A DNA stretch of 64,000 nt, from contig JAFVVQ010000037.1 in NCBI GenBank assembly GCA_017502085.1, positions 569 through 64,568 on the forward strand, in the 5' to 3' direction. Within the stretch, counting starts at the first letter, position 1. Every line of letters begins with the position of its first letter. The translations under genes and the position numbers were made by a program. This stretch comes from Clostridia bacterium (GTDB lineage: Bacteria > Bacillota > Clostridia > Oscillospirales > Acutalibacteraceae). The notes under the pieces are model-generated. The model had not been told where the DNA came from, did no database searches, and saw only the letters and a program-made list of their open reading frames with translations. Positions 59,433-64,000 of this stretch are shown here, in pieces.

Positions 59433-60392
59433 ATGGATAATAAAAGAAAAGTGCTCCTGATAGTTAACCCTTGCGCGGGTAAAAACAAAACAAGAGCAGG
59501 TACTTTCGATATTGTTGACCGTTTCTCAAGTGAGGATTATGATTTCACAGTCAAAACAACAACGGGTCCCGGTGATGCGACAGACATTGTTCTCAAAAAC
59601 ATCAACGGTCACGATATGGTAGTCTGCTGCGGCGGTGACGGTACTCTTTATGAGACCATAAACGGAATTATGCAGCTTCCCACACGTGTTCCCGTCGGCT
59701 ATATCCCCGCGGGTTCAACAAATGACCTTGCGTCAACCATCGGTCTGCCGAAGGGCGATTTCAGAGCGGCGACTGATATTATCATCGACGGCAATACCAA
59801 CGGCTATGATATCGGATTTTTCAACAATAAGTTCTTTACATACGTTGCTTCTTTCGGCTTCGGCATTTCACTTTCCTACGGTACGTCGCAGAAAATGAAG
59901 AACAAACTCGGTCACGCAGCTTATGTTGTTGACGGTGCGATTCTGAAACTTCCCCAGCTTATCAAGGAAATCAAGCCGACGCATATGAAATTCGAATATG
60001 ACGGTGGCGTTATAGAGGATGATTTCTATTTCGGTGCCATTTCGAATGCAACAACCGTTGCGGGTACTTTCAAATATAACGAAAACGATGTCAGACTCGA
60101 TGACGGTGTTTTTGAAGTGCTTCTTATCCGCCGAGTCAACGGTCCGCTCGACGTACTTAAGCTTCTCGGCAAGGTAAGAAAAGCGGAATTTGACGGAGAC
60201 CAGATTCTCTATTTCAAAACGTCAAGAGCCAGAATGATTTTTGATAAGCCTGAAAAATGGACTCTTGACGGTGAATTCGGTGGAGAGCACAAAGACGTGC
60301 GTTTTGCGGTTATCAACAAAGCGATTGATATCTGCTCACCCGACGGCAATCCGCTTTTTGTCGGCGAAAAAAAGGAAACTGCAGAGGTGTAA
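59433..60392 (+). CDS. Diacylglycerol/lipid kinase family protein (YegS/BmrU/DagK)
   Basis: IVNPCAG, GGDGT, IPAGSTNDLA, DDG, LDGE. Confidence 0.92.
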   Translation: MDNKRKVLLIVNPCAGKNKTRAGTFDIVDRFSSEDYDFTVKTTTGPGDATDIVLKNINGHDMVVCCGGDGTLYETINGIMQLPTRVPVGYIPAGSTNDLASTIGLPKGDFRAATDIIIDGNTNGYDIGFFNNKFFTYVASFGFGISLSYGTSQKMKNKLGHAAYVVDGAILKLPQLIKEIKPTHMKFEYDGGVIEDDFYFGAISNATTVAGTFKYNENDVRLDDGVFEVLLIRRVNGPLDVLKLLGKVRKAEFDGDQILYFKTSRARMIFDKPEKWTLDGEFGGEHKDVRFAVINKAIDICSPDGNPLFVGEKKETAEV

Positions 60393-60398
60393 TATAAG

Positions 60399-60429
60399 AA
60401 AAGACAAGGTGTTGAGCCTTGTCTTTTTT
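60399..60429. terminator. Bidirectional terminator
   Basis: AAAAGACAAGG / CCTTGTCTTTT between convergent genes. Confidence 0.85.
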
Positions 60430-60437
60430 GCGTATAT

Positions 60438-60656
60438 TTACTTTTTCGTCGGGGGATATCTCTCGGGAATGTCAGTCAATCCGAGAATATAGTCGGTTGA
60501 AGTGCCGAAATATTCTGCAAGTTTTATAAGCACGTCAATCGGAAGCTGCCTCTGACCGTTTTCATATTGCGAATATGTGTTTTGCCTGATGTTCAGATAT
60601 CCGGAAAGAGTTTTCTGCGTAATATCCCTGTCTTCTCTGATTGCTTTCAGTCTCAT
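60438..60656 (-). CDS. XRE family helix-turn-helix transcriptional regulator
   Basis: MRLKAIREDRDITQ...QNTYSQYENG...LAEYFGTSTDYILG; RBS GAGGAGG before ATG 60656. Confidence 0.93.
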   Translation of the reverse strand: MRLKAIREDRDITQKTLSGYLNIRQNTYSQYENGQRQLPIDVLIKLAEYFGTSTDYILGLTDIPERYPPTKK

Positions 60657-60685
60657 AAACTCCCTCCTCGGTAATATTATATAAT

Positions 60686-60729
60686 TCTCAATTTGAGATA
60701 TTGACAATTATCTCATTTTGTGATAATAT
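60686..60729 (+). promoter_or_regulatory. Two palindromic operators overlapping a divergent sigma-A promoter
   Basis: TCTCAA-T-TTGAGA (60686-60698) and TCTCAT-T-TTGTGA (60711-60723) flank TTGACA(60701); -10 TAATAT at 60724 (17-bp spacer). Confidence 0.7.
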
Positions 60730-60762
60730 TGTTTCGGAGGAAGAGTCGTTGTCGCCGCTGTG

Positions 60763-60791
60763 TTGACACTGCTCTGAATCAGTGATATAAT
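60763..60791 (+). promoter_or_regulatory. Consensus sigma-A promoter of the downstream exported protein
   Basis: TTGACA-17 bp-TATAAT with TG. Confidence 0.85.
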
Positions 60792-60825
60792 TAAATTACC
60801 AGATTAAGGAAAGCGAGGATTTTTT

Positions 60826-61533
60826 ATGGTTATTTTCTCAAAAATAATGTCATTCTTCATTTCAATTGTTATGGCGATTCTGAATATCTTCGGTCTCGGC
60901 GGAGAAAAAAGACCCGAATTTGTTCTCGGCGAAAACGTCAACAGTAACGTTGCTCAGGTGCTTGAGGTTTATAACAATGCGGTAATCAAGACCGACGAGG
61001 CTGCTCCGCTTGTCACAACAACCATGTCTCTTGAAGATATGGTTATGGACGGAATGTCAGGCAGCACAGTCGTGATGCTCAAGCCCATAATTAATGATAT
61101 GCTTGCAGAAGAATCTTATGAGGACTGTGACATTCCCGGTGAGGGTGAGCTGAAAGCGGAGGACGTTGTCAGCGCAAAGATGAGCACAGAAGAAGGTCTG
61201 ACAACCGTTATCATCGAGGTCAAGGACCAGACAAACGATGCTTACGGCAACTCCAAGGACGGTGAGCCCGTTTCAAGGGCAATGGGCACTGCCGGAGACA
61301 TTGCACAGTATATTGAAGAAACGGGTCTGTTTTCGGGTATTGAAAACATTGAAATCACCTATAGCGATTGCAAACTCTCCTGCATCATCGACGATGCAAC
61401 GGGCGAAATCCTTTATGGTGAATGGTATTACAATATGACAATGGATATGGAAGGATTCGGTGTGGATACGGGCGAATCAACTCCGGTTGTGGTTGATTCA
61501 AGTGTAACTATCGGTCTGAAATCCGTACTGTAA
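60826..61533 (+). CDS. Acidic exported protein of unknown function
   Basis: Hydrophobic N-terminus (KIMSFFISIVMAILNIFG), very D/E-rich body, RBS GAGGA, own promoter and terminator. Confidence 0.8.
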   Translation: MVIFSKIMSFFISIVMAILNIFGLGGEKRPEFVLGENVNSNVAQVLEVYNNAVIKTDEAAPLVTTTMSLEDMVMDGMSGSTVVMLKPIINDMLAEESYEDCDIPGEGELKAEDVVSAKMSTEEGLTTVIIEVKDQTNDAYGNSKDGEPVSRAMGTAGDIAQYIEETGLFSGIENIEITYSDCKLSCIIDDATGEILYGEWYYNMTMDMEGFGVDTGESTPVVVDSSVTIGLKSVL

Positions 61534-61546
61534 AAACAAAAAATTC

Positions 61547-61568
61547 AGGGGCTGTGAAAACAGCCCCT
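61547..61568. terminator. Bidirectional terminator
   Basis: AGGGGCTGT / ACAGCCCCT between convergent genes. Confidence 0.8.
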
Positions 61569-61573
61569 TATTT

Positions 61574-62227
61574 TTATCCCATAATCAGTTTTACAATATC
61601 TTCAACGGTTTCTGCGATATGGGTTGCATCTGCACCGCTGATTTCTTCCTTGCTTCCGTACCCGTAAAGTACTCCGATTGAATCAAGCCCCGTCTTTTGA
61701 GCACCGATGATATCGTGCTTTCTGTCACCGACCATAACGGCGGCAGTTTTGTCGCTGACCCCCGCTGATTCAAGCGCATATTCAATAACTTCTGCCTTGG
61801 CGGTTCTTGTTCCGTCGAAGTTGCTGCCTGCAATGAAAAGAAAATATTTATCAAGTCCGAAATGTCGGAGAATTTCTCTTGCAAACGGTTCGGGCTTTGA
61901 GGTGGCAAGAATGATTTCCTTGCCGCCTTTTTTCAGTTTTTCAAGCATCTCGGGAACACCGTCATAAACAACGTTTTCATAAAGACCTTTGACCCTGAAC
62001 CGTTCTCTGTAATAATCGATTGCCGTCTGCGCTTTTTCTTTTGAGAAACCGTAATCCTCCATAAACGTGTCAAGCAGGGGAGGTCCGATAAAATGGTTGA
62101 GAGTTGTAATATCGTTGACCTCGATGCCGAATTTTTTCAGCGCATAGGCAACCGAGGTGGTTATGCCGACGGCGGGATCGGTGAGTGTGCCGTCGAGGTC
62201 GAAGAGTACGTATTTATATTCTTTCAT
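61574..62227 (-). CDS. HAD family phosphatase (5'-nucleotidase/phosphoglycolate phosphatase-like)
   Basis: FDLDGTLTD, FIGPPL, ATSKP, VGDRKHD, YGYG. Confidence 0.92.
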   Translation of the reverse strand: MKEYKYVLFDLDGTLTDPAVGITTSVAYALKKFGIEVNDITTLNHFIGPPLLDTFMEDYGFSKEKAQTAIDYYRERFRVKGLYENVVYDGVPEMLEKLKKGGKEIILATSKPEPFAREILRHFGLDKYFLFIAGSNFDGTRTAKAEVIEYALESAGVSDKTAAVMVGDRKHDIIGAQKTGLDSIGVLYGYGSKEEISGADATHIAETVEDIVKLIMG

Positions 62228-62240
62228 ATTTTACCTCAAC

Positions 62241-62272
62241 AAAAGGGCGGCGCTCCGTCTGAAGCACCGCCC
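62241..62272 (-). terminator. Terminator after PEPCK
   Basis: GGGCGGCGCT / AGCACCGCCC with an A tract on the left. Confidence 0.7.
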
Positions 62273-62278
62273 GTGTAA

Positions 62279-64000
62279 TTATTTAATGTTGTTCTTGAGA
62301 GTGTTGAGTTCAGCAACAAGAGCCTCGGGAAGTCTGTCGAACTTGCTGTAGAATTCTTCGATGCCTGCGATTTCGTCGCCCCAGAGGGAAACGTCGACGC
62401 TGAGAAGTTCAGCAAGCTGTTCTGCGCTGACTTCGTCTTCGATACCTTCAAGATTGATGTCTGCTGCCTTGGGAACAAAGCCGATAGCTGTTTCGTCAGC
62501 CTCAACCTTGCCTTCGCAACGGTCGATGATCCAGTCGAGAACACGAAGGTTGTCGCCGAAACCGGGCCACATGAAGTTGCCTTCGTCATCCTTGCGGAAC
62601 CAGTTAACGTTGAAGATCTTGGGAGCCTTTTCGGGGTCAAGACCTGCACCGATGTTGATCCAATGCTGCCAGTAATCAGCCATATTGTAGCCGCAGAAGG
62701 GAAGCATTGCCATGGGGTCACGGCGAACAACACCTACTGCACCTGCAGCTGCTGCTGTTGTTTCGGAAGCCATGATTGAACCGACGAATACACCGTGGTT
62801 CCAGTCTCTTGACTGATAAACGAGGGGAGCAAGCTTTGCACGTCTGCCGCCGAATACGATAGCTGAAATCGGAACACCCTGGGGATTCTCAAATTCGGAG
62901 CTGATGCAGGGGCAGTTCTTTGCGGGAGCAGTGAAACGGCTGTTGGGATGAGCACCCTTTTCTGTGCTTTCCTGACCGTTCCAGGGATTGCCCTTCCACT
63001 CTACAGCGTTTGCGGGAGGATTCTTGTCGAGACCTTCCCACCATACGGTGTTGTTATCAAGGTTGTGAACAACGTTTGTGAAGATAGTGCCCTGCATTGT
63101 TGATGCAAGAGCGTTGGGGTTGGACTTGTTGTTTGTGCCGGGAGCAACGCCGAAGAAACCGTTTTCGGGGTTGATGGCATAAAGTCTGCCGTCATCGCCA
63201 TTGCGGATCCAGGAGATGTCATCGCCTACGCACCATACACGGTAGCCGTTCTTATAGTATCCCTCGGGAGGAATAAGCATAGCGAGGTTGGTCTTGCCGC
63301 AAGCTGAGGGGAAAGCAGCACAGATGTATCTGATTTCGCCGTCGGGCTTCTGGAGACCGAGGATGAGCATATGCTCTGCCTGCCAGCCTTCGTTCTTGCC
63401 CTGGTAGGAAGCGATTCTGAGAGCGAAGCACTTCTTGCCGAGAAGAACGTTTCCGCCGTAACCTGAGTTAACGGAGATGATTGTGTTATCCTGGGGGAAC
63501 TGGCAGATATATCTCTTTTCTTCGTCGATGTCGCACTTGCAGTGGAGACCGCGAACCCAGTCGTTGCTGTCGCCGAGAGCCTCAAGAACGTCCTTGCCGA
63601 CTCTTGTCATGATAGCCATGTTGAGAACAACGTAGATTGAGTCTGTGAGCTCGATGCCTGCCTTGGAGAACTTTGAACCGACAGGACCCATTGAATAGGG
63701 GATAACGTACATTGTTCTGCCCTTGTAGCTGTCCTTAGCGATAGCATAGAGCATTTCGTAAGCTTCAGCGGGATCCATCCAGTTGTTTGTGGGGCCTGCT
63801 TCTTCTTTTGTGGGTGCGCAGATGAAGGTTCTGCCTTCAACTCTGGCAACGTCATTGACTGCTGTTCTGTGAAGATAGCAGCCGGGAAGGAGTTCTTCGT
63901 TGAGTTTGATCATTTCGCCTGTTGAGCAAGCTTCGGCACGAAGCTGTTCAAGCTGCTCTTCTGAGCCGTCAATCCAGACGATGTTGTCGGGCTTGACAAG
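62279..64000 (-). CDS. pckG: Phosphoenolpyruvate carboxykinase (GTP), 5' end outside the window
   Basis: DVARVE, GYGGNVLLGKKCFALR, AEHMLI, FPSACGKTN, GDDI, HPNSRF, FGGRR, WPGFGDN; frame open to the window edge (LVKPDNIVWIDGSEEQ). Confidence 0.97.
   Translation of the reverse strand, partial: LVKPDNIVWIDGSEEQLEQLRAEACSTGEMIKLNEELLPGCYLHRTAVNDVARVEGRTFICAPTKEEAGPTNNWMDPAEAYEMLYAIAKDSYKGRTMYVIPYSMGPVGSKFSKAGIELTDSIYVVLNMAIMTRVGKDVLEALGDSNDWVRGLHCKCDIDEEKRYICQFPQDNTIISVNSGYGGNVLLGKKCFALRIASYQGKNEGWQAEHMLILGLQKPDGEIRYICAAFPSACGKTNLAMLIPPEGYYKNGYRVWCVGDDISWIRNGDDGRLYAINPENGFFGVAPGTNNKSNPNALASTMQGTIFTNVVHNLDNNTVWWEGLDKNPPANAVEWKGNPWNGQESTEKGAHPNSRFTAPAKNCPCISSEFENPQGVPISAIVFGGRRAKLAPLVYQSRDWNHGVFVGSIMASETTAAAAGAVGVVRRDPMAMLPFCGYNMADYWQHWINIGAGLDPEKAPKIFNVNWFRKDDEGNFMWPGFGDNLRVLDWIIDRCEGKVEADETAIGFVPKAADINLEGIEDEVSAEQLAELLSVDVSLWGDEIAGIEEFYSKFDRLPEALVAELNTLKNNIK

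Noticed and set aside
354-63855. Many long antisense or alternate-frame ORFs in the track (e.g. 354-1106, 5413-6483, 12313-13167, 22160-23047, 34824-35912, 38285-38977)
   Set aside because: They lie wholly opposite or inside well-supported genes, have no motifs or RBS, and are the expected shadows of codon-biased genes with few antisense stops.
1-64000. CRISPR array, tRNA/rRNA genes, IS elements, integrases, prophage genes
   Set aside because: No spaced direct repeats, cloverleaf or rRNA-like tracts, or transposase/integrase motifs were seen; intergenic gaps are short and largely explained by promoters and terminators.

Overview
Gene-dense chromosomal segment (57 CDS) of an anaerobic Bacillota/Clostridia bacterium. 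An Oscillospirales-type gut or rumen organism is likely, inferred from gene order and content. Housekeeping blocks are lon-engB-lysA-M16 pair-lgt-folD-pspC, rplU-prp-rpmA, uvrBA, DUF1858-trmK-nif3-rqcH, metF, cysK, azlCD and GTP-PEPCK. They are interleaved with many exported or membrane-associated glycoside, lipid and phosphoester hydrolases. I found no rRNA, tRNA, CRISPR array, transposase or integrase. The most notable signals are: (1) a stand-alone protein resembling the DUF1874/YddF/AcrIII-1 ring-nuclease family but lacking its GH motif; (2) a 129-codon frame broken by one in-frame TAG, in a window where none of the other 56 genes ends in TAG; (3) a sigma-G-type promoter whose spacer is complementary to the start-codon region of its own gene; (4) an XRE repressor with two operators over a divergent promoter that drives only a 5-codon minigene; (5) a recurring atypical N-terminal helix on exported proteins. 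All calls come from manual motif reading; no database searches were run.
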